Part shown: positions 27,630-37,251 of the stretch, piece after piece
Layout: every line of letters begins with the position of its first letter
Numbering within the stretch: the first letter of the stretch is position 1
Assembly: GCA_000993205.1 (NCBI GenBank)
Contig: LBVU01000002.1
Location: 117,079-181,078, forward strand
Source: Candidatus Woesebacteria bacterium GW2011_GWB1_39_10
GTDB taxonomy: Bacteria > Patescibacteriota > Microgenomatia > UBA8517
Length of the DNA stretch: 64,000 bases
Direction of reading: 5' to 3'
Made by a program: the position numbers and the translations under genes
Notes under the pieces: model-generated
What the model was told of the DNA's origin: nothing
What the model saw: only the letters and a program-made list of their open reading frames with translations
Database searches by the model: none

Positions 27630-28337
27630 TTATTGGTTATTAGTTTTTAATTTGGACTTACCCTCTAAAATTGCCTCCTTCACCAAACCAAGTACATATT
27701 CCAGCGCTTTGCTTGCATCATCATTCATAGGAATTGGGTAATCAATTGCATCCGGATCGGAGTTGCTATCGACTATACCAACGACGGTCACATGCCCCGC
27801 GTTTGCTTCCCTTACCGCCGATGCTTCTCTTTTTGTGTCAATAACAAAGAGCACGTCCGGAACTTTTTCCAGAGTTTCGACTCCCCCAAAAAATCTTTCA
27901 AGTCTGGTTATTTCGCGGTCAATTAAAAGCCTCTCTTTTTTTGTAAATTTAGCGTAACCACCCGAGGCCATATTTTCCCTCATCTCTTCCATTTTTTTAA
28001 GTGACTTTTTGATTTGACCAAAATTCGAAACTGTTCCACCCAACCATCTTTCGTTAACATATGGCACCCCGATTTCTTCCGCAACTTCCTTTACCTTTTC
28101 CTTGATTTGTTTTTTTGTTCCCAAAAGAAGTATTGTTTTGCCTTCTTTGGCAGATTTTGTTAGAAATTCCAAAGCTTCTTCGATAAGGGGTTTGGTTTTG
28201 GTTAAATCGAAAATATGAACTCCGTTTTCCGAGCCATAGATATACTCCTCCATTTTGGGGTTCCAACGTTTGGTTTGATGCCCAAAATGGGCACCTGCAT
28301 CCAATAAATCTTCGAGTGAAACTTTAAGTTTATTCAT
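27630..28337 (-). CDS. rpsB: 30S ribosomal protein S2 (start at MNKLKV; the track ORF is extended upstream through a repeat element)
   Basis: LLDAGAHFGHQTKRWNPKM conserved S2 N-terminus. Confidence 0.92.
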   Translation of the reverse strand: MNKLKVSLEDLLDAGAHFGHQTKRWNPKMEEYIYGSENGVHIFDLTKTKPLIEEALEFLTKSAKEGKTILLLGTKKQIKEKVKEVAEEIGVPYVNERWLGGTVSNFGQIKKSLKKMEEMRENMASGGYAKFTKKERLLIDREITRLERFFGGVETLEKVPDVLFVIDTKREASAVREANAGHVTVVGIVDSNSDPDAIDYPIPMNDDASKALEYVLGLVKEAILEGKSKLKTNNQ

Positions 28338-28340
28338 AAT

Positions 28341-28452
28341 GTCATTCTGGAGCGCTTTGCGCGATATGCTAAGCATTCGCTGCGCGATAGAATCCCAGAC
28401 ATTCCGTTTCCTTTGTCCGCCGCAGATCGGAAGTAATCCAGGAAACCTGACC
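28341..28452. mobile_element. MITE-like palindromic intergenic element, copy B, immediately upstream of rpsB
   Basis: gtcattctggag-cgctttgcgcgatatgctaagcattcgctgcgcg-atagaatc ... ggaaacctgac; ends related to copies A, C, D. Confidence 0.55.
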
Positions 28453-28479
28453 TGCGTGTGAGACTGTAGTATAAGACAA

Positions 28480-29010
28480 CTAACCGAGCTTGACAAGAGC
28501 AAGCTTGTTTATCTTGATATTCTCCAACGCGCTTTTGGCTGCGGCGCGGGCAAGATGAATTGCGACTCTCCCGTCGCTTACGGCATTTTTATTGCCCACC
28601 TTGGAAACTCTATAACCAAGCTCTTCAAGTTCATGGGAAAGCTTCCTAACTTCCATCGGAACCTCGATTGCATATTTTAGCGTCTTTTTTATGTTTTCTT
28701 TTCTACTTGTACCTGTAATACTTGTATCACTTTTTGCTTTATAAGCTTCCATAACCTTTTGGTATGCTTTTGCGTCGTCTTCTGCAAGAACCGATAGGCG
28801 TTTTTTGATTTCTCCCGTGTCCTTGGCAATCTTTAAAAGGATTTTTTCTTTATCTTCATAACCCTTCTTGCCGATAGTGAGATTTACCACCATTTCGATT
28901 AAGGATGCCGCAAAGCTTGCCGCAAGTGCCGCAACAACTCCGCCACCGGGAGTCGGATTCTTGCTACTCAATTCTCTTTGAAATTCTTCGATTGTTTGTT
29001 TGTTTAACAT
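28480..29010 (-). CDS. formiminotetrahydrofolate cyclodeaminase-like protein (FTCD C-terminal domain, stand-alone)
   Basis: NPTPGGGVVAALAASFAASLIEMVVNLT matches the cyclodeaminase/cyclohydrolase family signature. Confidence 0.75.
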   Translation of the reverse strand: MLNKQTIEEFQRELSSKNPTPGGGVVAALAASFAASLIEMVVNLTIGKKGYEDKEKILLKIAKDTGEIKKRLSVLAEDDAKAYQKVMEAYKAKSDTSITGTSRKENIKKTLKYAIEVPMEVRKLSHELEELGYRVSKVGNKNAVSDGRVAIHLARAAAKSALENIKINKLALVKLG

Positions 29011-29051
29011 ATTTAGCTTCGAATACTACAATACTATATAGTATTGTAGTG

Positions 29052-29930
29052 CTATTCATATAACTTTTTTTCAAGAATTTGATCTGATTTAAAGTTATCG
29101 GCTTGAAATGTTGATTTAATCGCCGCAACAAGCGATTCCAGCGGAATCATACCATAAATTTCCGAGCTTTTAATTTTAATTCCCAATTTATTTGCTTCCG
29201 TTTCAATTGCACGATATACCTTATCAAAATTCGTAACCTCAAAATCCACCAAATTCATTGAAACCTGAGCAAATCCGTCTACCTCAAAACCCAAAGCTTT
29301 TACAGCTTTAAAACCGCCATCTTTTTCTCTAATTTTTTTGGCAATGTCTTTTGCGATTTGAGCATCGGGTGTATCGAGATTCACATTATATGCCACCAAA
29401 TACTTTCTGGCCCCAATCACCATGGCGCCAGCTGTAGGATGGACTTTATCAGGACCGTAGTCCGGAGTTTTCATTTTTACTCTTAGACTCTCCAGCTCCC
29501 CCGCTCTAACATCAGCCAAATTTTTATTTTCCGGTTTTGTTGCAGCTTCCTCGTACAAAAAGACCGGGATCCCAAGTTCTTCACCAACTTTTTTGCCCAA
29601 TTTATTGGACAATTCCACACATTCTTCCATGGATACTCCCGAAACAGGGACAAAAGGAACAACATCTGTTGCCCCAATTCTGGGGTGCTCACCAACGTGT
29701 TTATTCATGTCAATTAGTTTTGTAGCGGTTTTAATTGATTCAAAAACAGAATTCATTACTGCTTCCGGCTCTCCGACTATTGTAAATAGCATGCGATTGT
29801 GTGAGGCATTAAATTCAAGTTCAAAAACTTTAACTGATTTGATAGATTTGGCTGATTCGAAAATGGCATCAATAATTTTTTTGTCTTTCCCCTCGCTGAA
29901 GTTTGGAACGCATTCTACAATTTTTTGCAT
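29052..29930 (-). CDS. glutamate formiminotransferase (FTCD N-terminal domain, stand-alone)
   Basis: MQKIVECVPNFSEGKDKKIID is the characteristic formiminotransferase N-terminus. Confidence 0.8.
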   Translation of the reverse strand: MQKIVECVPNFSEGKDKKIIDAIFESAKSIKSVKVFELEFNASHNRMLFTIVGEPEAVMNSVFESIKTATKLIDMNKHVGEHPRIGATDVVPFVPVSGVSMEECVELSNKLGKKVGEELGIPVFLYEEAATKPENKNLADVRAGELESLRVKMKTPDYGPDKVHPTAGAMVIGARKYLVAYNVNLDTPDAQIAKDIAKKIREKDGGFKAVKALGFEVDGFAQVSMNLVDFEVTNFDKVYRAIETEANKLGIKIKSSEIYGMIPLESLVAAIKSTFQADNFKSDQILEKKLYE

Positions 29931-29948
29931 TTCAAGGATATTATAACA

Positions 29949-30668
29949 TTAACGTCTCTCGTGCCCCCCGCGATTCCCTTCGGGAGATTTGAATGCTTTT
30001 TCCCTGACCTCATTCCATACAAGGTTGTGAATTTCTTCGGGAGTCTTAAGTTTGCCCTCTTTTGTACAATCTATTCCAACTATATTAGGAAAAAAATTTG
30101 GAATATCTTGATATATTCCGGCAACTTCTAACTGGTATGCAACATCGGCCTCATGAATATCTTTTTTACCACCATCTAGGTATGCCCTAGCCTTTTTCAG
30201 TTCTATAAGTTGGGCACTTATTTCTGCGGGTATGTGCAAAACGATATTTAGGTCTTCTTTTGGAATTCCGTAAACTACATATTCCAACTCCTGTAAAAAT
30301 TGTATAAATTTTGGACGCTCCTCAACTGGGAGTTTTGCTGACTGGTGAGCCACATTTGATAAAAAATATCTGTTCGACACCACATTCACTCCACCCAATA
30401 ACATTTCATTAATTTTTGAACTGGCCTGCCATCTGTCACCGGCATAAGTTAATGAAGCGAGGTATGGATTTACTTCCTTAAGACCCCCAAATTCACCTTT
30501 TAAAAACCGGCCAACCAAATTTCCAAAAAAACTTGTCTCATATTGGGGGAGGTCAAAAAACTCAACAGGAATTCTCTGTTCTTGAAAACGCGACATTAAC
30601 AGCTTGGCCTGTGTCTCTTTTCCTGTTCCATCAGGACCCTCAATGACAACAAAGCTTCCTTTCTTCAT
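29949..30668 (-). CDS. tmk: thymidylate kinase
   Basis: FVVIEGPDGTGKETQAKLL P-loop in dTMP kinase context. Confidence 0.85.
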   Translation of the reverse strand: MKKGSFVVIEGPDGTGKETQAKLLMSRFQEQRIPVEFFDLPQYETSFFGNLVGRFLKGEFGGLKEVNPYLASLTYAGDRWQASSKINEMLLGGVNVVSNRYFLSNVAHQSAKLPVEERPKFIQFLQELEYVVYGIPKEDLNIVLHIPAEISAQLIELKKARAYLDGGKKDIHEADVAYQLEVAGIYQDIPNFFPNIVGIDCTKEGKLKTPEEIHNLVWNEVREKAFKSPEGNRGGHERR

Positions 30669-31288
30669 GATTTATTTTTACCCGGTCGCCCTGGAACTTC
30701 GTGATGCTGACGACACCTGGCTTCATAGTCACTTTCTGCCCCAACTAGAATTAACGGATCGTCATAATTTGCAGGAATTCTTTTTCCGTCTATTATCTTG
30801 ATTCTTTGCGTAAATGAAGCCTCCCTATGACAAACGTTGCAAAAAGCATGCATCGAATGCACGTCCTCCGCCTCCTGTTTAAGAACTGCCATTGGTCCAA
30901 AAGGTTCACCTCTAAAATCTTTATCAAGTCCTGCAACAATCACTCTTTTTCCACGCAGAACAAGTTCACGACAGATGTCGGTAAGCCCCATATCAAAAAA
31001 ATTTCCTTCGTCGATACCTACAATGTCATGTTCAGGTGAAACCAGGTCCAGGATTTCAGATGAATTGTGTACTGTCACAGCAGGATATTGCGCCCCATCA
31101 TCGGAATTAATTGTATTTTTTTCCCGCCTGTCATCGACCGCCGGAGTAAAAGCTATCACCTTTAAACCCGCATGAGGGGCTCGCCTTAGTTCCGTAATTA
31201 ATTGGCTGCTCTTTCCGCTAAACATCGGTCCGCAAAATATTTCGAGTCCGGGATGCAAATGTTCTTTTTCTGTGATTCTTTCTTTCAT
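30665..31288 (-). CDS. tdk: thymidine kinase
   Basis: FCGPMFSGKSSQLI P-loop and C-terminal zinc ribbon CNVCHREASFTQR. Confidence 0.88.
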   Translation of the reverse strand: MKERITEKEHLHPGLEIFCGPMFSGKSSQLITELRRAPHAGLKVIAFTPAVDDRREKNTINSDDGAQYPAVTVHNSSEILDLVSPEHDIVGIDEGNFFDMGLTDICRELVLRGKRVIVAGLDKDFRGEPFGPMAVLKQEAEDVHSMHAFCNVCHREASFTQRIKIIDGKRIPANYDDPLILVGAESDYEARCRQHHEVPGRPGKNKS

Positions 31289-31289
31289 A

Positions 31290-31499
31290 TTATTTTTTAA
31301 CTATTCCAAGTTTTGTAAGTTTTTCCATTAACTCTTCTCTTTCTCTTTTATTAGTAAGGCCGACAGCCTTTGAGGCCTGATTTACCTGATCTTCAGTAAA
31401 AACCAGTCCCGGTATAACTTCCCCAAGCCATTTTTCAGCACCGGGATTAACGGTTCGTTTTGTTGGTTCGGGTTCCCGATTTTGAAATTCAGCGCTCAT
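31290..31499 (-). CDS. small hypothetical protein (69 aa)
   Basis: ORF only. Confidence 0.4.
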   Translation of the reverse strand: MSAEFQNREPEPTKRTVNPGAEKWLGEVIPGLVFTEDQVNQASKAVGLTNKREREELMEKLTKLGIVKK

Positions 31500-31600
31500 G
31501 TTATCTTTATCTGAAAGCTTTTTATCAGTTGACGAAGAGGGGTGTCAATACACAAATTGTGTCTCTTTATTTTTGCGCAATTTCTTGATATTAATATTGT

Positions 31601-32176
31601 ATGAAAGAGCTTCTGTGTATAACAGGACTTACTGGTTCCGGTAAAAGTGTCGCTTCAGACTTTTTTGTAGACAAAGGTTACCAATATGTTAGGTTTGGTC
31701 AAATAGTTTTGGATGAAATCAAAAGAAGAAACTTGGAGCCAATTGAAGCAAATGAGCGGCCCATCCGTGAAGAGTTCAGACAAAAATACGGAATGGCCGC
31801 AATGGCAATATTGAATCTTCCAAGGTTTAAAAAACTATTAGAAATTGGGGATGTTTTGGGTGATGGGCTTTATAGTTTTGAAGAATACAAAGTCTTAAAA
31901 AAAGAATTCGGAAAACAATTTATTACTGTCGCAGTTTATGCCCCGCCTGAGTTGAGATACGAAAGGCTGACGAAACGGAAATTAGTAAGCTCAGATACGG
32001 CGCTTAGAGATCGTCCCGCAACCAAAGAAGCCGCCGAGTCCAGAGATTACGCAGAACTTGAAAATTTAAACAAAGGCGCGACTATCGCCATGGCCGACTA
32101 CACCATTTTGAATACAAAAGATTTAGATTTTTTTAAAAAACAATTGGAAGAAATTTTTAACGAAATTCAATCCTAA
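31601..32176 (+). CDS. P-loop nucleotide/nucleoside kinase-like protein (dephospho-CoA kinase-like fold)
   Basis: ITGLTGSGKSVASDF Walker A at N-terminus. Confidence 0.55.
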   Translation: MKELLCITGLTGSGKSVASDFFVDKGYQYVRFGQIVLDEIKRRNLEPIEANERPIREEFRQKYGMAAMAILNLPRFKKLLEIGDVLGDGLYSFEEYKVLKKEFGKQFITVAVYAPPELRYERLTKRKLVSSDTALRDRPATKEAAESRDYAELENLNKGATIAMADYTILNTKDLDFFKKQLEEIFNEIQS

Positions 32177-32185
32177 ATATGGTGA

Positions 32186-32213
32186 TGTTCTACTGTTCTA
32201 GAACAATAGAACA
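32186..32213. promoter_or_regulatory. 28-bp near-perfect palindrome TGTTCTACTGTTCTAGAACAATAGAACA (CTAG core), putative operator of the TrpR-like regulator
   Basis: Identical 28-mer at 63008-63035 and related 20-mer at 63537-63556 flanking the TrpR/YerC-like gene. Confidence 0.55.
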
Positions 32214-32299
32214 GACAAGCCAAGTGAAACACAAAATTTCTAAAGACATGAGTGATACATCTATATATAACGATATATCATAGAGTTGCCTCCATATCT

Positions 32300-34339
32300 T
32301 TATATTTCTTCCTTTTTCGGACTCCTCCAAGAGGCATATTTACAATCCGGATAGCGGGAACAGCCAAAAAACCTTCTACCCTTTCCCGTCTTTTTTACAA
32401 TCACTTCACCCTTTTTACACTCCGGGCAAATTACTCCCACTTTTTCCAAATATTTTTCGGTGTGTTTACATTCAGGGAAAAGCGAACAGGAAATGAACTT
32501 TCCAAATCTTCCGGTCCTTACTACCAACTCACCTGTTCTGGTTTTGTCGCCATCTGTCCTAGCTTGATCGCAGTCGGGGCAAGGTCGGCCCAGTTTTTCC
32601 GTTTCAATTTTTACCCTTTCGCTATTTTTCTCAACATCTTTTAACTTCTTTGCAAATGGTTCGTAAAATTCTTTAATTGGGGACTCCCACTTTATTTTGC
32701 CATTTGCTACATCGTCCAAATCATTCTCCATTTTCGCAGTAAATTGATAGTCAAAAGTTTCCGGAAAATTTCCGATCAAAAAATCGTTAACAGCGATACC
32801 TATGGATGTGGGGGTAAATTGCTTGCTTTGGTTTTTTTCAATATAGTTTCTAACCTGAACGGTTGAAATTGTGGGGGCATACGTTGAAGGTCTTCCAATC
32901 CCCAACTTTTCCAAGGTTTTGATTAATGACGCCTCGTTATACCTTGCCGGAGGTTGCGTAAATTTCTGATCTCCCCAAGTTTTAATTAGATCAAGTTTTT
33001 CATCCTTTTCAACATCGGGTAAAACATTCACCTCGGGAGAGTCAAAGACCACTCCCGAGGTGTCTTTCATTTGTTTAACCGGAATCACTTTACGCCAACC
33101 GTCGAAATTCATTATTTGACCGCTGGATCTAAGCGTATAGATGTTAGCATTTAGCGTACAGGTAGCTAAAATTTCAAGAACAGTCTCGTCAAAAATTGAG
33201 GCACTCATCTGACATGCAACAAATCTCGCCCAGATTAATTCATATAGTTTTTGTTCTTCTTCGAAGAATTTGTCATTTGTTATTTGCTTGTCCCCAGAGG
33301 GGGATAATTTGTTATTTACAGACGTCGGCCTGATGGCTTCATGCGCTTCTTGAGCTACTTTAGAGGTGGTCTTAAAAAATCTGGGAGAGGCCGGCAAATA
33401 TTTATCGCCATATTCTTTTTGAATAAATATCCTGGCAGAATCCACCGCGGTTTTGGCTAAGTTCAACGAATCGGTTCTGTGGTATGTAATATAACCCTCT
33501 TCATATAACTTCTGAGCGACTGACATTGTTTTTTTGGATGACCATCCAAAAACTCTCGACCCCGCTTGAGATAACGTTGATGTTGTAAAAGGAGGGTAAG
33601 GACTTTTTGTAACCTGACGTTTTTTTACGTCCGCAACCTTGTATTCCGATTTTTCCAGTTCAGCAGTGATCAGTTCAGCAGTTTTCATATCTTTAGCCTC
33701 ATTTTTTACCAACTGAACAGTGAACGCTGGCGAACTGTTAAACTGTTTAACTGTTGCAAATATTTCCCAATACTCCTCTGCTTTAAACTTTCCAATCTCC
33801 CGTTCTTTTTCGACAACCAAACGAACCACAACCGATTGGACCCGACCGGCAGACAAACCAACTCTCACCTTTTTCCAAAGAAGTGGAGAAAGCTTATAAC
33901 CCACAAGCCGATCGAGAACACGTCGAGCTGTTTGAGCATCAACAAGATTGGTATCAATATCGTGTGGATTTTTAAGAGCTTCATCAACAGCACCTTTAGT
34001 AATTTCATGAAAAGAAACTCGCTTTATGCTATATGCTTTATGGGGTACGGTCAGGATTTCACTCACATGGGATGCGATTGCTTCACCTTCGCGGTCAGGA
34101 TCGGATGCAATAAAGATTTGCTTTGCGCTTTTGGCTTTATGTTGTATGGCTTTGATTGTATCTTTTCTTTTTTCTACGTCCACAAATTCAGGTGCAAAAT
34201 CATGTTCAATGTCTACCCCAAGTGTGCTTTTGGGCAAGTCCTTAATGTGACCCATGGTCGCCTCCACGTCATATTCGCCCCCGAGAAATTTGGAGAGTGT
34301 ACGAGCTTTTGTCGGACTTTCTACGATAATTAATTGCAT
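32300..34339 (-). CDS. topA: DNA topoisomerase I with C-terminal zinc ribbons
   Basis: MQLIIVESPTKARTLSKFLG Toprim N-terminus, active-site Tyr region, C4 zinc ribbons at C-terminus. Confidence 0.93.
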   Translation of the reverse strand: MQLIIVESPTKARTLSKFLGGEYDVEATMGHIKDLPKSTLGVDIEHDFAPEFVDVEKRKDTIKAIQHKAKSAKQIFIASDPDREGEAIASHVSEILTVPHKAYSIKRVSFHEITKGAVDEALKNPHDIDTNLVDAQTARRVLDRLVGYKLSPLLWKKVRVGLSAGRVQSVVVRLVVEKEREIGKFKAEEYWEIFATVKQFNSSPAFTVQLVKNEAKDMKTAELITAELEKSEYKVADVKKRQVTKSPYPPFTTSTLSQAGSRVFGWSSKKTMSVAQKLYEEGYITYHRTDSLNLAKTAVDSARIFIQKEYGDKYLPASPRFFKTTSKVAQEAHEAIRPTSVNNKLSPSGDKQITNDKFFEEEQKLYELIWARFVACQMSASIFDETVLEILATCTLNANIYTLRSSGQIMNFDGWRKVIPVKQMKDTSGVVFDSPEVNVLPDVEKDEKLDLIKTWGDQKFTQPPARYNEASLIKTLEKLGIGRPSTYAPTISTVQVRNYIEKNQSKQFTPTSIGIAVNDFLIGNFPETFDYQFTAKMENDLDDVANGKIKWESPIKEFYEPFAKKLKDVEKNSERVKIETEKLGRPCPDCDQARTDGDKTRTGELVVRTGRFGKFISCSLFPECKHTEKYLEKVGVICPECKKGEVIVKKTGKGRRFFGCSRYPDCKYASWRSPKKEEI

Positions 34340-34422
34340 ATGCTTTTGCTTGCCCCGTTAGAAGCGATAGCTTTCTAATGGGGTTGGTGACTCGACAATA
34401 ATTAAATCCATATCGTTAAAAT

Positions 34423-35508
34423 TTAGGCCTTTTTAAAAACCCCCTGGCCTAAATTTCTAACCATTCCTTTCATTTCCATAATGGTAAGTCTAGCAGACAC
34501 TTCACTTGTAGCGCCACCTGATATTCTAACAAGCTCGTCAAGATGCAGGGGCTCTGTCATCAATATTTTTAAAATTTTCTCTTCATACACATCTCCCGGC
34601 ATAACTTTTTTGACTGCTTCTTTATCTACCTTAAATTGCAAATGAAGTTCGTCCAAAATGTCCTTTGTGGAAGTTGCCAACTTACTACCGTTCTGAATTA
34701 AATAGTTTGGAGCCTCTGAAGTCGGTGAAGTTATTGGGCCCGGCACCGCAAAAACAGTGCGCCCCTGATCTGCCGCAGCCTTAACGGTATAAAACGTCCC
34801 ACTTTTCATTCTTCCCTCAACAACGATAACCGCTTTAGATAAACCAGAAATTAGTCTATCTCTCACCGGAAAATCGTAAGGATGAGGCTCATAACCCAAA
34901 GGGTTTTCGGAAACGACAGCGCCTCCGTCCTTTGAAATAAACTCAAGAGCAAGTTTTTTATTTGTATAGGGAGAGATGATGTCCAACCCCGACGCAAGTG
35001 CTGATATGGTCCGTCCGCCAACAGAAAGCGCCGCTCTTTGAGCTTCCGCGTCCACCCCAAGCGCCAAACCGGAAACGATGGTAACACCAAAACTTGCGAG
35101 TTCCCCAGCAAACTTTTTGGCTACCTCGCGACCGTAAGAAGTCATCATGCGCGATCCCACTATGGCAACTGCGTTTGAATCTGTATTTTTAAAATTACCC
35201 CGAATATACAAAACGAATGGCGCGTCAGACAAACCTTTAAGATTTTCCGGATAATCGTCGTCAAAAATCGTTACAACTTTTATTGAAAGTTTTTCTAGTT
35301 TTGAAAGATAATCTTGAATATTGAAAGAATCCCTATGCTTGATAAATTTTTCAGCAGTTTCTTGTTTGACACCAACTTCTGTTAATTCTGACAATTTGAG
35401 ATCCCAAATCTTTTTGGCAGATTTGAAGTAAGAAAGAAGAAGTTTTGTCCTCGCCGGACCAAACATTGTAAAGGTGTTTAGAGCAGTTAAATATTCTTTT
35501 TCGGTCAT
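34423..35508 (-). CDS. dprA: DNA-processing protein DprA
   Basis: Rossmann-like GLALGVDAEAQRAAL region typical of DprA/Smf. Confidence 0.85.
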   Translation of the reverse strand: MTEKEYLTALNTFTMFGPARTKLLLSYFKSAKKIWDLKLSELTEVGVKQETAEKFIKHRDSFNIQDYLSKLEKLSIKVVTIFDDDYPENLKGLSDAPFVLYIRGNFKNTDSNAVAIVGSRMMTSYGREVAKKFAGELASFGVTIVSGLALGVDAEAQRAALSVGGRTISALASGLDIISPYTNKKLALEFISKDGGAVVSENPLGYEPHPYDFPVRDRLISGLSKAVIVVEGRMKSGTFYTVKAAADQGRTVFAVPGPITSPTSEAPNYLIQNGSKLATSTKDILDELHLQFKVDKEAVKKVMPGDVYEEKILKILMTEPLHLDELVRISGGATSEVSARLTIMEMKGMVRNLGQGVFKKA

Positions 35509-37118
35509 TGGGTAGTTGAAACTCCGGCAAAATAATAATCAAAAATTTTTCTTGCAACGGGACCTGCAACTTGCGACCCTTGTCCGCCTTTTTCAAATAA
35601 TATCGTCGCGACAATCTGAGGTTTGTCGATAGGAGAAAATACCGTAAACCATGCATGAGGGTTCCCGTCTGCAGAAACTTCAGCTGTTCCTGTTTTACAA
35701 GCAACTGTTTGACCAGAATGTTTGGCAGAAAAATCAAAAAAAGTATATGCAGTTCCACCCTCGCTACACACTCCTTTCATTCCCTCTTTAACCAAATTTA
35801 TATTTTGTTGATTAATCCTGTAGTTTTTACACCTAGCGGGTGTGGAAGCTATAAGATGTGGGACGCAAGATAATCCATCATTCGCAATTCCAGTTATAAA
35901 GGTATTAATTTCTATTGGGGTTAAGGCAACATATCCCTGACCTATACTCATGTGATACGTGTCTCCCAAATACCACTGTTCTTTTATTGTGTCTTTTTTC
36001 CAATCTGTTGAAGGAATCAGACCACTGGTTTCACCCGGTAGATCGATCCCTGTAATTTTATCAAGTCCAAAGGTTTTTGCCCATTTTGTAATATTGTTTG
36101 GACCAACCATTTCCCCAACCTTGTAAAAAAATGTGTCAGTTGAACGCGCAATTGCGCGCGTCAGGTCTATTTCTCCTTCTGTACGGCCATATTCCACCAG
36201 ATACCAATTTCTGTAAGTAAATCCATTGACAGTAATTGAACCAGTATCGTTATAACGAAAATTTTTATCGATAACATTTTCCTGTAAGGCTGCGATTGCT
36301 GTGACGGGTTTAAAAACACTTCCCGGATGGAATGTCCCGCTTACCACTCTATTAAAAAGAGGGAGATTTTGATCATTCAACGAAGCAGCAATATTATCCG
36401 GATCAAAAGACGGCGAAGAATAAAAAGCTAATATTGCGCCTTCTACGTCGGTTACAATAGCGGCCCCTTTTTGGTTATCCATGTCGTTTGCTACTTCGGT
36501 CTGTAAACCAAAATCAATTGTTGTTTTAATATCTTGCCCGGGGATCGGATTACGTTTCCCAAGTGATCTAATTTTAACTCCTTGGGTATTTACTTCGATA
36601 AGTTCTTCGCCGGGCATGCCCAATAACAGACATTGATATTCTTCTTCCAACCCCGTTCTCCCAACTAACGTACCCGAAAGTGTTTGGCCTTTTTCAGAAC
36701 ATTTTGGATCAATTCTACCAACTTCAGTGTCTCCTGCCTGGGTTAAATAGCCGATCGCATGTGCTCCTTTGCCACCGAGTGAATAATATCTTTTATAATC
36801 AGTGATTATTTCATCGGGAGACGCATCTGTTAGATCGTCCGTAATTTCAAAGCTTCCATTTTTGTTAAATTTAACCCTTTTTTTTGTCTCGAAATTCCCC
36901 GCCAAAATCTCACCACCACGCGCGATTATTTTCCCGCGAGGGGCAGGAATCGGAATATGGCGGACTCTATTTTCCTCGGAAAGTTTTCGGTAGTAATCAC
37001 CTTTGATTATCTGAACCTCAATAAGTTTTGCAAAAAGAACTAAAAAAACGACAATTAAAAGTCCTCTCAAAAACCACGAAAGCCAAGACTGTTGATTGTT
37101 TGAAGAGAAAGAATTCAT
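35505..37118 (-). CDS. mrdA: penicillin-binding protein 2 (peptidoglycan D,D-transpeptidase)
   Basis: N-terminal TM, SVFK (SxxK) and KTGTAE (KTG) motifs; adjacent to mreB. Confidence 0.85.
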   Translation of the reverse strand: MNSFSSNNQQSWLSWFLRGLLIVVFLVLFAKLIEVQIIKGDYYRKLSEENRVRHIPIPAPRGKIIARGGEILAGNFETKKRVKFNKNGSFEITDDLTDASPDEIITDYKRYYSLGGKGAHAIGYLTQAGDTEVGRIDPKCSEKGQTLSGTLVGRTGLEEEYQCLLLGMPGEELIEVNTQGVKIRSLGKRNPIPGQDIKTTIDFGLQTEVANDMDNQKGAAIVTDVEGAILAFYSSPSFDPDNIAASLNDQNLPLFNRVVSGTFHPGSVFKPVTAIAALQENVIDKNFRYNDTGSITVNGFTYRNWYLVEYGRTEGEIDLTRAIARSTDTFFYKVGEMVGPNNITKWAKTFGLDKITGIDLPGETSGLIPSTDWKKDTIKEQWYLGDTYHMSIGQGYVALTPIEINTFITGIANDGLSCVPHLIASTPARCKNYRINQQNINLVKEGMKGVCSEGGTAYTFFDFSAKHSGQTVACKTGTAEVSADGNPHAWFTVFSPIDKPQIVATILFEKGGQGSQVAGPVARKIFDYYFAGVSTTQ

Positions 37119-37251
37119 CGAATTATTCTAACATTAAAAAGAAGTATGTCTAACTCACTATATTGATATGTACCAATATAGTGTCGGCAACAAATCTGAC
37201 TTAGAATTGTACCATTGTTACATAACAATGGTACAAAACGTCAATTTATTA

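Noticed and set aside
27630-28502. Full-length track ORF for rpsB (290 aa)
   Set aside because: The first 55 codons read through a palindromic repeat element and lack S2 homology. The conserved S2 N-terminus begins at the internal Met (28337).
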